Below, piece by piece: positions 1 through 9,970 of a DNA stretch of 64,000 nucleotides. Position 1 is the stretch's first letter; each line of letters starts with the position of its first letter. Location: assembly GCA_964518635.1 (NCBI GenBank), contig CAZFGK010000016.1, positions 2,943 through 66,942 on the forward strand. The letters are read 5' to 3'. This stretch comes from an uncultured Ignavibacteriales bacterium (lineage in GTDB: Bacteria; Zixibacteria; MSB-5A5; GN15; FEB-12). The notes beneath the pieces were generated by a model that was given only the letters and a program-made list of their open reading frames with translations, did no database searches and was not told the DNA's origin. The translations under genes were made by a program, and so were the position numbers.

Positions 1-242
1 ACTTCTGCTTTCTCCACAGCAAGGTTCCCATCCAAGGAACATCGAAATCCAGACCATGCACCATTCTCAATTGCCAAAGCGTAGCTCTCTCGTGCGCCAA
101 TCACACACCAGAACTGTGCGCCGATGGTGTTGGAGGGTAGTCCGGCGAGATCATTGCGGAATGCTGACGGGTCGAGATGAGCCGCAAGTTCGTCGTAGAG
201 TGAGATGGAGAGTTCGAGGCGTTCGGTGAGGAGTGTCATCAT
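1..242 (-). CDS. Hypothetical protein, possibly DinB/YfiT-like; runs off the window edge
   Basis: Manual translation of the minus strand from ATG at 242: MMTLLTERLELSISLYDELAAHLDPSAFRNDLAGLPSNTIGAQFWCVIGARESYALAIENGAWSGFRCSL..., open to position 1. Not in the ORF track because it has no stop in the window. Confidence 0.6.
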   Translation of the reverse strand, partial: MMTLLTERLELSISLYDELAAHLDPSAFRNDLAGLPSNTIGAQFWCVIGARESYALAIENGAWSGFRCSLDGNLAVEKAE

Positions 243-300
243 ACTGGAAGTATGGTCTGTTTGTAGGAATAGCTCAAGGGGGTGTTGTGGTTAGTGATTT

Positions 301-446
301 CTTTTGGTGCCCCACTGCGCAGAGGACGGAGTCGTCCGGCGGTGGGTTTCAGGTCCTTATTCTCTTACGAAATCTTTCATGAAAAATACAGACCGGGAAC
401 CCACCGCTTGATTCGCTGCGCGAATCTTCGCAGTGGGGCACCGAAG
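301..446. repeat. Inverted pair of REP-like palindromic units (REPIN/BIME-like)
   Basis: The left unit ggtgccccactgcg...gcggtgggtt (about 306-348) matches the reverse complement of the right unit aacccaccgc...cgcagtggggcacc (398-442). Each unit also folds on itself. Confidence 0.6.
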
Positions 447-455
447 AATGATGAG

Positions 456-480
456 ACCCTTCGACAGGCTCAGGGTGACA
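456..480 (-). repeat. REP-like element TGTCACCCTGAGCCTGTCGAAGGGT
   Basis: 23/25 identical to the intergenic copy at 30580-30604. Confidence 0.65.
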
Positions 481-532
481 TCGGTAAAATGCCCCACTTG
501 CCTCGCTCCTGTTTCCATCTATCTTCCTTCCC

Positions 533-1027
533 ATGACATCAAAACGATCTGACTATATCTCATGGGAAGAATATTTCATGGCGGTCGCGCAGCTTTCTGC
601 CCAGCGATCTAAAGACCCCAGCACACAAGTAGGTGCTTGTATTGTCAATTCCCGAAAACGAATCATCGGCATCGGCTACAACGGCTTTCCTGTCGGCCTC
701 TCCGATGATGACCTCTCCTGGTCACGTGAAGGGGAATTTCTCGATACAAAATATCCATATGTCTGTCACGCCGAGATGAATGCAATTACCAATGCGTCAA
801 ACAAGACCGAACTCGACGGCGCATCTATCTATGTTTCCCTCTATCCCTGCAATGAATGCGCGAAGCTGATCGTGCAAGTAGGCATTCGTGAAGTGGTTTA
901 TTTGTCAGACAAATACGCCGAAAAGGATGTGTTCATCGCCGCCAAACGAATTTTCCAAATGGCCGGAGTGACCACTCGTCAGATGCAAGTCTCGCGGCGA
1001 CATCTCGAAATCCATTTCGAGGCCTAG
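533..1027 (+). CDS. dCMP deaminase (ComEB/DCTD family)
   Basis: [20 protein letters not shown], zinc motifs CHAE.NAI and PCNECAK. Confidence 0.93.
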   Translation: MTSKRSDYISWEEYFMAVAQLSAQRSKDPSTQVGACIVNSRKRIIGIGYNGFPVGLSDDDLSWSREGEFLDTKYPYVCHAEMNAITNASNKTELDGASIYVSLYPCNECAKLIVQVGIREVVYLSDKYAEKDVFIAAKRIFQMAGVTTRQMQVSRRHLEIHFEA

Positions 1028-1073
1028 ATTCCTCTTTCAGGCGCATCTCTAATCTCCTGCCTGCTAAAGAGTT

Positions 1074-1101
1074 GGGGGATTTTGTCGATAATCCCCTTTT
1101 T
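1074..1101 (+). terminator. Probable intrinsic terminator
   Basis: ggggatt/aatcccc stem followed by a T-run. Confidence 0.5.
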
Positions 1102-1187
1102 AGATTGATTAGGGGGCGTCGTTACATTTATTAGCCCGCTTTCAGAGAAGCCCGTTCCAACGCCAAGATACTCAGGAGAGCCAGACC

Positions 1188-2513
1188 ATGACAAAGACCC
1201 GTGAAGATGTAGTTCGGCAGATCGATGATGCCGGTGTGCACAATGTCCGCCTCTGTTTTACCGATGTCCTCGGTCGGATCAAGGGGATGACCATCACCCG
1301 CAGCGAGATCGAAGCAGTCCTCGAACAGGGGCAGGGATTTGATGGCTCTTCTGTGGAAGGATTCTCACGAATTGATGAATCCGATCTGATGGCGATCCCT
1401 GATCCGAAGACATTTCGTATTCTCCCCTGGGAAGTCGCTGGCGCGAAAGTTGCCATGATGTTCTGCGACATTCAGACGCCGGATGGTGCCCCGTATGAAG
1501 GGGACCCGCGCTACATTCTCAAGAAACAACTTGCCAAGCTTGAGAAGAAAAATCAGAAGATGTTTGTCGGGCCGGAGCTTGAATTTTTCTATTTCAAGAA
1601 TGACAAATGCACCGAGACTCTCGATTCAGCGGGATATTTTGACTATTCACGAGTCGATGTCGGAACGCTTGTAGTTCAAAAGACAGTCAATGCGCTTGAA
1701 GCAATTGGGATTCCGGTAGAGTGCGCTCATCACGAAGTTGCACCGAGTCAGCATGAGATCGATTTGAAATACCAGGAAGCCCTGGTCATGGCCGACTTTG
1801 TGCAGATATATCGCTTTATTGTCAAAGAGATCGCCCAGCAAAACGGCGTCTATGCGACCTTCATGCCAAAGCCGATCTTTGGTCAAAACGGTTCAGGTAT
1901 GCACTGTCATGTGTCGCTTTTCGAAGGAGACAAGAATCTCTTCTTTGATGCCAAGGCAGATCATCATCTTTCAAAAACCGCGCGCCACTTTACCGCCGGA
2001 TTGCTCACGCATGTTTCCGAAATCACTGCCGTGCTCAATCAGTGGGTGAATTCTTACAAGCGTCTTGTGCCGGGGTACGAAGCACCGGTCTATATTTCCT
2101 GGGGTCAGCGAAATCGCTCGTCGCTTGTTCGTATTCCGGGCTATCGTGTAGGAAAAGAAAAAGCGACTCGTATCGAGCTTCGCTCACCCGATCCGTCAGC
2201 CAATCCATATCTGACCTTCGCGCTTATTCTTGCCGCAGGGATGAAGGGGATCGACAAGCAGATGGAACTCGGAAAGCCAGTCGAGACAAACATCTTTGAA
2301 ATGGATGCCGCCGAAAAAGCCAAGCACAAGATCGATAGTCTTCCGGGTTCACTTCTTGATGCGATCAATTTGCTGGAAAACTCGAAACTCGCCAAGGACA
2401 CGCTGGGTGAGCATATTCATGGCAAGTTCATTGAGAACAAGAAGATGGAATGGGATGAATTCCGTATTCATGTTTCGAAGTACGAGCTGGAGAACTATCT
2501 CCCCGAGCTATAG
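1188..2513 (+). CDS. glnA: Glutamine synthetase type I
   Basis: GFDGSS, HHEVAPSQHEID, FMPKP..GQNGSGMH, NSYKRLVPGYEAP, RIELRSPDPSANPYL; AGGAG RBS. Confidence 0.97.
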   Translation: MTKTREDVVRQIDDAGVHNVRLCFTDVLGRIKGMTITRSEIEAVLEQGQGFDGSSVEGFSRIDESDLMAIPDPKTFRILPWEVAGAKVAMMFCDIQTPDGAPYEGDPRYILKKQLAKLEKKNQKMFVGPELEFFYFKNDKCTETLDSAGYFDYSRVDVGTLVVQKTVNALEAIGIPVECAHHEVAPSQHEIDLKYQEALVMADFVQIYRFIVKEIAQQNGVYATFMPKPIFGQNGSGMHCHVSLFEGDKNLFFDAKADHHLSKTARHFTAGLLTHVSEITAVLNQWVNSYKRLVPGYEAPVYISWGQRNRSSLVRIPGYRVGKEKATRIELRSPDPSANPYLTFALILAAGMKGIDKQMELGKPVETNIFEMDAAEKAKHKIDSLPGSLLDAINLLENSKLAKDTLGEHIHGKFIENKKMEWDEFRIHVSKYELENYLPEL

Positions 2514-2539
2514 TTCGCACACTTCAGGGTACTGATTTG

Positions 2540-2570
2540 ACGGGCGCAGGAAACTGCGCCCGTTTTTTTT
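2540..2570 (+). terminator. Intrinsic terminator after glnA
   Basis: acgggcgcag-gaaa-ctgcgcccgt followed by a T-run. Confidence 0.85.
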
Positions 2571-2642
2571 GCCATTGCGCTCGTACGAAATGGCATATAT
2601 TTGATTTGTATGGGACGGGTATTCAGCCAATTCATCCGCAAT

Positions 2643-4040
2643 ATGAAGCTCGCTCTCTTGCTGAACGCAATGGTCGCTACAGTAATTGTGATCAGTTGCA
2701 ATGAAAAAAGTGCTCCTACAGATGCTGGTGGAAACAATGGGAGCGGAGTTACCATCGATACGGCGGGAAAGTTATTTGTCGGTCAGGGAGCAAGCGGAAA
2801 TGGGACAAAAAGCAGCCCATTCGGCTCAATATGTCAAGCATTGGAAGTTGCAGGCCAGACTCCACACATTGATACAATACTTTTGTCATCAGGAACTTTT
2901 GAAGAGTCTCTGGATATTGGAATTGACGTCTATTTTTCTGGGAACAGGGATCCGCTTAAAGACTGGAGAGAGTTAGACTCCAAGAGTCTCGCGACTATCA
3001 TTTCTTCCCCAAAAGAGGATAGCACCACAATCGTTGTCAGAGGCGAATGTCGAGTTACGTTCAGAGCGCTGAAAATTTTCGGTCCAGACTCAGCAACTTC
3101 CGGTAATTCTGCAACATCTATAGTTGCTTCAAATGCAGAGTTGCACTTTTCGAATTGCACAGTAGTTGGTGGTGTTGGCAGTCGCGGTGCGAGTGGATTG
3201 AACGGGGTCTCTGGATCAGTGAGATTCGCTACGTTGCCATCTCAGGACTTGATCATCCCGCGAGGCGGAAGAGGAGGAAGTCCGAAGTGGCGAGATTGTG
3301 ACTTTGTTCTTCATAATGGATCGCCCGGTGAGAGAGGATGGGCTGCGGATGGAACTCAAACCGGAGGACTCGGAAGCCAAAGTGGCCCCGGAGAAAAGGG
3401 AGCCGATGGAGCTTCGGGGAACAACGGAAGGGGTGCAGGGACTTCTACTACATTTAGGACTCATTTTGCGGTAACAGTTCCAGTTATCAACTCAGGAGAA
3501 GATGGTGGAGTCGGCATAAGTGGAAGTGGAGCTGGCGGGGCTGGTGCTACTTATTCTCCACACCCACAGTGTGGCAACCTTTTTCCTCATTGTCCGTGTA
3601 GTGACGAGCATCAGCCGTGCAATGGTGGAAGAGGCGGGCCAGGTGGGGAAGGCGGTAAGGGAGGAATAGGCGGTGCTTCCTCTTATGCGTTTGCACTTTC
3701 AGGAGTTCAGTTGTTTCTCGACTCATGTACTATATCAGGAGGTCGAGGCGGTGATGGGGGTGTCGGAGGGTACGGCGGTGTCGGGATGGACGGATTTGAG
3801 AGTGTCTGTATTGGATCATTTGTGGGTCCGGTAAGCTCACCCGGTGGCGCGGGTGGCACTGGCGGGAACGGCGGCGGTGGCGCGGGGGGATGGAGTATCG
3901 GAATTCTCTCGATCAATTCTACGATTGTGAAAGATACAGCGACCACCATCACTCCCGGTACTCCGGGCAAGGGTGGAATTGGTCCGACTCCGGAAAGTAC
4001 CGGAGCCGACGGAAAAGCAGTGACGATTTTGGAGCTATGA
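2643..4040 (+). CDS. Gly-rich (PGRS-like) lipoprotein with an N-terminal DUF1565/pectin-lyase-like region
   Basis: Lipobox VISC after a hydrophobic stretch; G.GTKSSPFGSI..AL motif; long GGxGGxGG tracts. ATG 2643 chosen over the ORF start at 2601. Confidence 0.65.
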   Translation: MKLALLLNAMVATVIVISCNEKSAPTDAGGNNGSGVTIDTAGKLFVGQGASGNGTKSSPFGSICQALEVAGQTPHIDTILLSSGTFEESLDIGIDVYFSGNRDPLKDWRELDSKSLATIISSPKEDSTTIVVRGECRVTFRALKIFGPDSATSGNSATSIVASNAELHFSNCTVVGGVGSRGASGLNGVSGSVRFATLPSQDLIIPRGGRGGSPKWRDCDFVLHNGSPGERGWAADGTQTGGLGSQSGPGEKGADGASGNNGRGAGTSTTFRTHFAVTVPVINSGEDGGVGISGSGAGGAGATYSPHPQCGNLFPHCPCSDEHQPCNGGRGGPGGEGGKGGIGGASSYAFALSGVQLFLDSCTISGGRGGDGGVGGYGGVGMDGFESVCIGSFVGPVSSPGGAGGTGGNGGGGAGGWSIGILSINSTIVKDTATTITPGTPGKGGIGPTPESTGADGKAVTILEL

Positions 4041-4105
4041 TCTCACAATCTCTTTCAAAACATTCTGCCACTTGAGTTTTCTTCGATCCTGCGTATTTTC
4101 AGATA

Positions 4106-5485
4106 GTGCGCCGACTTCTCCTGCTGACAACCCTTCTTCTTCTCTCCTGCTCCGACAGCTCCCTTTCCCCCGGGCAGCAGTTTGAACCGCCTGTCACCCG
4201 TCTCTATGTCAAGAACGGTGGCTCAGGGGATGGACGCACCGCCGAAACTCCAGCCAGCACGATCTCAGCCGCACTCAATACCGCATATCTTGATCCCAAC
4301 ATCGAAGAGATTTTTATTGCTGGCGGTAATTACATCGAGTCGATGCGCATCCGTTCAAGTGTGACGATATCCGGTTCACGTGACCCGAATAATGGCTGGG
4401 CAGTAAGCGGACCACGCACCGTCATTCAGGGCAGAAGTATCGACACTCTCGGTATTGCCTGTTTGATCCTGAATCTTTCTCGTCGTGTTGGACTTGAAAA
4501 TCTCGACATTAAGGGGCCAAACCCACCCGGGAACGGGGCCTCAACGATCGTGCTCTATACCGATGATGTTGATTCCCTCTATATTTCGAACTGCAACCTG
4601 ATCGCAGGGAATGGAAAATCCGGCGCAAACGGGATCCGCGGAACAGATGGTACACAGGGAGCGAATGCAGTTCGCGCACTCCCCGGTGTTACTCCTACCG
4701 AGGGTGGGGAAGGTGGGGCTCCGGGTCCTGCAGTCTCAACCGCACAGCAGCCGGGTGAACCGGGGGAGATCGGGGACTGCGGCGGAATCGGTACCGGCGG
4801 TAGTGGTGGCACTGGCGGTATCAATGGAAACGGCGGTCCTGGTGGTCGCGGCTCGGATGGACTTCCGGGAGCAGATGGCAATGGTGGTCTTCAACTCGTC
4901 ACACTGGAGCCAATAGGGAACTTTCTATTTCCCCTCTCTGAAGAAGCTGATTCCGGCGTTGTCGGCTATGCCGGATGTGGTGGCGGCGGCGGTGGTGGAT
5001 CTGCATCGGTTTGGAATCCAAATTTCACGTATGTCGGTACCAAAGGGGGAGGGGCAGGATCTGGTGGGTTCGGCGGTACAGCCGGTGGCCCCGGTCAGGC
5101 CGGTGGACATTCGATCGGTATTCTCGCCTTGCGATCATCTGTGACCTTAACCTCTTCGACCGTGATATCCGGATCAGGCGGCAATGGCGGTAATGGCGGA
5201 GAGGGGGGAATCGGTGGTCCGGGTGGACTTGGGGATGGGAATCCATCGGTCATCTACTCCGGCGGACGAGGTGGCGACGGTGGCACTGGTGGCAAAGGTG
5301 GGTATGGTGGGGGCGGAGCTGGCGGATGGAATGTGGCGATCATACTCTCGTCATCAACGATCACAAATGCGTCATCAACGCTGACCGTTGGAACGGCTGG
5401 AATTGGCGGGGTCGAGCGTAGTGCTGGAAATGGTGGCGCTGCAGGAGTCGCGACGACCATGCATGAAATCAGCCCCGGTCTCTAA
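4106..5485 (+). CDS. Gly-rich (PGRS-like) lipoprotein, paralog of the upstream gene
   Basis: MRRLLLLTTLLLLSC lipoprotein signal; GSGDGRTAETPASTISAAL; GGxGGxGG tracts; shares GGGGAGGW with the upstream gene. Confidence 0.7.
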   Translation: MRRLLLLTTLLLLSCSDSSLSPGQQFEPPVTRLYVKNGGSGDGRTAETPASTISAALNTAYLDPNIEEIFIAGGNYIESMRIRSSVTISGSRDPNNGWAVSGPRTVIQGRSIDTLGIACLILNLSRRVGLENLDIKGPNPPGNGASTIVLYTDDVDSLYISNCNLIAGNGKSGANGIRGTDGTQGANAVRALPGVTPTEGGEGGAPGPAVSTAQQPGEPGEIGDCGGIGTGGSGGTGGINGNGGPGGRGSDGLPGADGNGGLQLVTLEPIGNFLFPLSEEADSGVVGYAGCGGGGGGGSASVWNPNFTYVGTKGGGAGSGGFGGTAGGPGQAGGHSIGILALRSSVTLTSSTVISGSGGNGGNGGEGGIGGPGGLGDGNPSVIYSGGRGGDGGTGGKGGYGGGGAGGWNVAIILSSSTITNASSTLTVGTAGIGGVERSAGNGGAAGVATTMHEISPGL

Positions 5486-5594
5486 AAATTTCTGCAATTC
5501 AATTTCTAGTCTGACAAGTCCATTCCTGTAGTTTCCGAAAATTCAAATGGTTCTACTTGCCGATGCTCACCAGAATCGGCATGTTCTGCGCTTC

Positions 5595-7010
5595 ATGATC
5601 GATTCCAAAACAGCCATTCAGATTCGTGATCAAGTACGAAACGGGGAGTCCTCGTTCTCCGCTCTCAATTCCAGTCTCGAAATGGCTGCCACAGCTGGGA
5701 AAGAACTTAATGCTTTCCTGACCCTGTGCGAGGCTAAATCAAGAACTCAGGCGTCTAGTCTCGACTCATACGCCAATAAGCGCTCACTTTCTCTGGCTGG
5801 CGTGCCGATCGCGATCAAAGATAATATCTGCTACACCGATTATCCCTGCAGTTGTGGATCGAGAATTCTCGAGGGATTCGTTCCCCCGTATGATGCAACG
5901 GTCGTCACTCGTCTTCAAAATGCCGGTGCATTGATTATTGGGAAAACGAATCTTGATGAATTCGCGATGGGTTCATCGAATGAGAATTCAGCATTCGGTC
6001 CGGTGAAAAATCCGGTTCGTCATGATCTCGCCCCGGGTGGTTCATCCGGTGGGTCGGCTGCGGCAGTTGCAGCCGGAATTGTTCCTCTATCGCTCGGATC
6101 GGAGACGGGGGGTTCAGTTCGCCAGCCTGCGGCATTTTGTGGTGTCTACGGACTCAAACCAACCTACGGCGCAGTCTCTCGCTACGGACTGGTGGCGTTC
6201 GCGTCATCGACCGATCAAATCAGCCCCTTTGCACGAACGGTCGAAGACCTCGCTACTCTCTTCGGTGTGATCGCAGGACATGATCCGATGGATTCGACCT
6301 CTGCTGCACATGCATGGCCCGATTTTTCTGCAAAGCTCGCCGAGAAGCGGACATTTCGAATCGGCATACCGAAAGAATATTTCGCAGCGGGTCTGGATAC
6401 AGAAGTTGAACGTGAAATACGCCGTTGCATGGAGCAGCTTCGCTCACTTGGTCACACGCTGGTGGATATGAGTCTGCCGACCACCAGCATGGCGATTCCG
6501 ATTTATTATGTCATTGCATCAGCTGAGGCATCTGCGAATCTCGCACGTTTCGATGGCGTTCGCTACGGATTACGTGTCGCCGGAGATCAACCACTTGAAC
6601 AGATGTATCGCCAGACCCGAGCAAAAGGATTCGGCCGCGAGGTGAAACGACGTATCATGCTCGGTACGTATGTCCTCTCCTCCGGTTACTACGATGCCTA
6701 CTATACCAAGGCATCGCAGGTACGTGAATTATTGCGCCGTGAATATGTACAGGCATTCAATCAGATTGATTTGCTTCTTTCACCGACCACACCGACCGCG
6801 GCATTCAAACTTGGTGAGAAATCATCCGATCCGTTGGCAATGTATCTCAGTGATGTCTACACCGCACCTGCGAATCTTGTTGGAATTCCCGCAATCTCGG
6901 TGCCATACGGAAAAGTCAGTGATGGCCGCCCGGTTGGGGTGCAGTTCATGGCGAAGCATTTCGATGAGCTTTCTCTCTTTCAAGTTGCCCGTCAACTGGA
7001 GGGGAACTAG
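5595..7010 (+). CDS. gatA: Glu/Asp-tRNA amidotransferase subunit A
   Basis: Amidase signature GGSSGGSAAAVAA, GSETGGSVRQPAAFCG, RFDGVRYG, EVKRRIMLGTY. Start may instead be 5547. Confidence 0.97.
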   Translation: MIDSKTAIQIRDQVRNGESSFSALNSSLEMAATAGKELNAFLTLCEAKSRTQASSLDSYANKRSLSLAGVPIAIKDNICYTDYPCSCGSRILEGFVPPYDATVVTRLQNAGALIIGKTNLDEFAMGSSNENSAFGPVKNPVRHDLAPGGSSGGSAAAVAAGIVPLSLGSETGGSVRQPAAFCGVYGLKPTYGAVSRYGLVAFASSTDQISPFARTVEDLATLFGVIAGHDPMDSTSAAHAWPDFSAKLAEKRTFRIGIPKEYFAAGLDTEVEREIRRCMEQLRSLGHTLVDMSLPTTSMAIPIYYVIASAEASANLARFDGVRYGLRVAGDQPLEQMYRQTRAKGFGREVKRRIMLGTYVLSSGYYDAYYTKASQVRELLRREYVQAFNQIDLLLSPTTPTAAFKLGEKSSDPLAMYLSDVYTAPANLVGIPAISVPYGKVSDGRPVGVQFMAKHFDELSLFQVARQLEGN

Positions 7011-7012
7011 CG

Positions 7013-7858
7013 ATGCCGTTTGTTAAGCGCAATGGAGTGCACCTCGAGTACGAGATTCACGGGGAGGGTGATCCCGTTTTCCTCCTGCATGGATTCACCA
7101 TGGACAGCAGCATGTGGTCGACTCCAAAGACAAGACCAACGCCATATGATCTTCTCTTGCCCGGTCGTCAGCTTATTTTTCTGGATGCCCGCGGACATGG
7201 AAAATCAGATTCACCAGAGTCAGGTTATGCCCGCCACGAGCGAATCGCGGATCTTCTGGCGGTGATTGACAAATTGAATTTACAGAAGGTCGACCTGATT
7301 GGTTTTTCAATGGGGGGAAGTACCTCTCTTGGTTTCACACTGGAATATCCCGAACGTGTTCGAAGTCTCACCCTTGTGGCAACGAATGCTGCTGGCTGGA
7401 ATATGGGAAAGAAGCTCGACACGCTCTTTGAGCAGGCACGTACCGAACGGATTGATACGGCGAAAGAAAAGTGGCTCGATTGGTCGATTGCCTACAATCG
7501 AGACAAAGGGCGAGATGATATCGTCGAAGTACTTCGGGAGATGATCAGCCGCAATTCAGGCGCGATGTTCGCCGATCCTGATCGACCAAACTATCCGACT
7601 CTCGTTCCTGATCTTGAGCGTGCTTGTTTTATCTCTGTTCCAACGCTGATCCAGATCGGCAGTGATGACAAAATATTCGTACCACTTGCAAAGCAGCTGC
7701 ATCGAGAAATTGCAGGGAGTAAGTTCTCTTTGTATGAAGGGTGCGGGCATCTTCTCACTATGGAAGAGCCGGTACGTTGGGGATCAGAAGTGAATGCCTT
7801 TCTTACAAGTGTAGCGAAACCTCAGATTACGACTACTCAGGCGCAGGTGTCGAATTGA
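7013..7858 (+). CDS. Alpha/beta-fold hydrolase
   Basis: LLHGF, DARGHGKS, nucleophile elbow GFSMGG, GSDD, CGH. Confidence 0.9.
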   Translation: MPFVKRNGVHLEYEIHGEGDPVFLLHGFTMDSSMWSTPKTRPTPYDLLLPGRQLIFLDARGHGKSDSPESGYARHERIADLLAVIDKLNLQKVDLIGFSMGGSTSLGFTLEYPERVRSLTLVATNAAGWNMGKKLDTLFEQARTERIDTAKEKWLDWSIAYNRDKGRDDIVEVLREMISRNSGAMFADPDRPNYPTLVPDLERACFISVPTLIQIGSDDKIFVPLAKQLHREIAGSKFSLYEGCGHLLTMEEPVRWGSEVNAFLTSVAKPQITTTQAQVSN

Positions 7859-9324
7859 GCACTGAAAAATCGCCGTACATTGTCGATGGGTATGAGCCGG
7901 TCATCGGGCTGGAAGTGCACGCCCAACTCGCCACAGATTCGAAAATTTTCTGTGGTTGCAAGAATCAATACGGTGCCGAACCGAATACACAGACCTGTCC
8001 GACCTGTCTTGCCCTTCCCGGTGCTCTGCCAGTATTGAATCGAACGGCCGTCGAATATGCCATGCGAATGATTCTTGCGGTCGGCGGGGAAGTACAACCA
8101 CTCTCGATTTTCGCTCGAAAAAATTACTTCTATCCTGACTTGCCTAAGGGGTATCAGATTTCTCAGTTCGACAAGCCGACTGGGCTTGGCGGACAGATTG
8201 AATATCGGATTGATGACGGTACGGAGCATGTGTGTCGTCTGATTCGCATTCACATGGAAGAGGATGCCGGAAAGTCATTGCACGCTGAACGTGGCGAGAG
8301 CTATTCTCGAGTCGATCTCAATCGCTGCGGCGCGCCACTGATCGAAATAGTCTCTCACGCTGATATTCGCAGTCCACAGGAGGCGTACGGCTATCTCACT
8401 CGTTTGAAACAAATTCTTCAGTATACCGGAGTCTGCACCGGTGATATGGAAAAGGGGCAGCTACGTTGTGATGCCAATGTATCGGTTCGTCCGGTTGGAC
8501 AGGACAAATATGGGACCCGAACTGAACTGAAAAATCTCAACTCCTTCAAGGGGGTCGAGCGCGCCATCACCTATGAAATCAATCGTCAGATTGCCGAACT
8601 CAAAGCGGGCGGGACAATCACGCAGGCGACCCTGCTCTGGAACGAAGCCAAACAGCAGGCCGAGATGATGCGGAGCAAGGAAGACTCCCACGACTACCGC
8701 TATTTCCCGGATCCCGATCTGATGCATCTGCATATTACAGATGAATGGCGAGAATCGATACGTCACTCTCTTCCGGAGCTTCCCGTTGCTCGGGCTGCCC
8801 GATTTGTAGAACAGTATGGGCTTCGTCCCTATGACGGAGTCGTCCTGACCGACACCAGAGCTCTTGCCGATTACTATGAAGCGATTGTGAAAGCCGGAGT
8901 CGATCCGACTCTCGCCAGCAACTGGCTGCAGACGGAAATTCTGGGTGTTATTAATGCACTGGGGAAAACAATCGAAGAGTTTTCTCTTACGCCGAACACA
9001 GTTGCGGCGTTATTGACAAAAATCGGATCCGGTGAACTTTCCGGCAAGATGGCGAAAGAGGTCTTCGCCGAGATGCTTGCGACCGGAAAAGAGGCAGCAG
9101 CTATCATTGCTGATAAGGGGCTTGTCCAGATTAGTGACGAAAGTGCTATTGAGAAAATCTGCGCAGAAATCATTGTCGCGAATCCGGATAGTCTCGCAAA
9201 ATACAAAGCAGGGAAGACCAACCTCTTCGCTTTCTTTGTCGGACAGACAATGAAAGCAACCAAAGGGCAGGCGAACCCTGCCGCGGTCAATGCGGTCCTC
9301 ACTCGCCTTCTTGAGAATTCCTGA
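7855..9324 (+). CDS. gatB: Glu/Asp-tRNA amidotransferase subunit B
   Basis: YEPVIGLEVHAQL, RKNYFYPDLPKGYQISQ, HMEEDAGK, RCDANVS, DYRYFPDPDL; TTG start overlaps the upstream TGA. Confidence 0.97.
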   Translation: MSTEKSPYIVDGYEPVIGLEVHAQLATDSKIFCGCKNQYGAEPNTQTCPTCLALPGALPVLNRTAVEYAMRMILAVGGEVQPLSIFARKNYFYPDLPKGYQISQFDKPTGLGGQIEYRIDDGTEHVCRLIRIHMEEDAGKSLHAERGESYSRVDLNRCGAPLIEIVSHADIRSPQEAYGYLTRLKQILQYTGVCTGDMEKGQLRCDANVSVRPVGQDKYGTRTELKNLNSFKGVERAITYEINRQIAELKAGGTITQATLLWNEAKQQAEMMRSKEDSHDYRYFPDPDLMHLHITDEWRESIRHSLPELPVARAARFVEQYGLRPYDGVVLTDTRALADYYEAIVKAGVDPTLASNWLQTEILGVINALGKTIEEFSLTPNTVAALLTKIGSGELSGKMAKEVFAEMLATGKEAAAIIADKGLVQISDESAIEKICAEIIVANPDSLAKYKAGKTNLFAFFVGQTMKATKGQANPAAVNAVLTRLLENS

Positions 9325-9346
9325 GGCATGCATTACACTTTAAATC

Positions 9347-9970
9347 ATGACCCGAACTGAACCGGTGCGAGCGGCGATTTTCCTATCTGGTAGCGGAAGT
9401 AACTTCCAGTCACTCCTGGATTCGACAAGATCGAAACGACTGCAAGCGACCGTGGTCTGCGTTGCGTCAAACCGTCCCGATGCCTACGGACTGGTGCGAG
9501 CGAAAGATGCGAGTATCCCGACGATTCATCTCTCCTATCCAATGACTGAACAAGCGATTGATCAGCTCGCTCAAACGTTAACCGATTTTCGAGTTGAGTG
9601 TATTCTACTCGCCGGGTTTCTGCGAAAAGTCCCGGAGAAGATTTTACGGGTGTATTCTCGCAGAATTCTGAATATCCACCCTGCCTTGTTGCCGAAATTT
9701 GGTGGGAAGGGGATGTACGGACATCATGTCCACGAAGCAGTGTTGGCTTCCGGTGTGACAGAAAGTGGCGCGACTGTACATCTCGTCGACAGTGAATATG
9801 ACACCGGCGAAATTCTTGCGCAGCAGTCTGTCTTGGTTTTTCCGAATGATACTGCCGATTCACTTTCCCGCCGTGTGCTCGAAGTCGAGCATGAGTTATA
9901 TCCACGAACTGTTCAACAATTCTTAGAACGTGAGTTTGCCGTTGCTCCGATCACACCCGCTCATCACTGA
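9347..9970 (+). CDS. purN: Phosphoribosylglycinamide formyltransferase
   Basis: SGSGSNFQ, LAGF, NIHPALLPKFGGKGMYG, GATVHLVD.EYDTG. Confidence 0.96.
   Translation: MTRTEPVRAAIFLSGSGSNFQSLLDSTRSKRLQATVVCVASNRPDAYGLVRAKDASIPTIHLSYPMTEQAIDQLAQTLTDFRVECILLAGFLRKVPEKILRVYSRRILNIHPALLPKFGGKGMYGHHVHEAVLASGVTESGATVHLVDSEYDTGEILAQQSVLVFPNDTADSLSRRVLEVEHELYPRTVQQFLEREFAVAPITPAHH

Noticed and set aside
3707-5460. Pro-rich antisense ORFs
   Set aside because: They are shadows of Gly (GGN) codons on the opposite strand.
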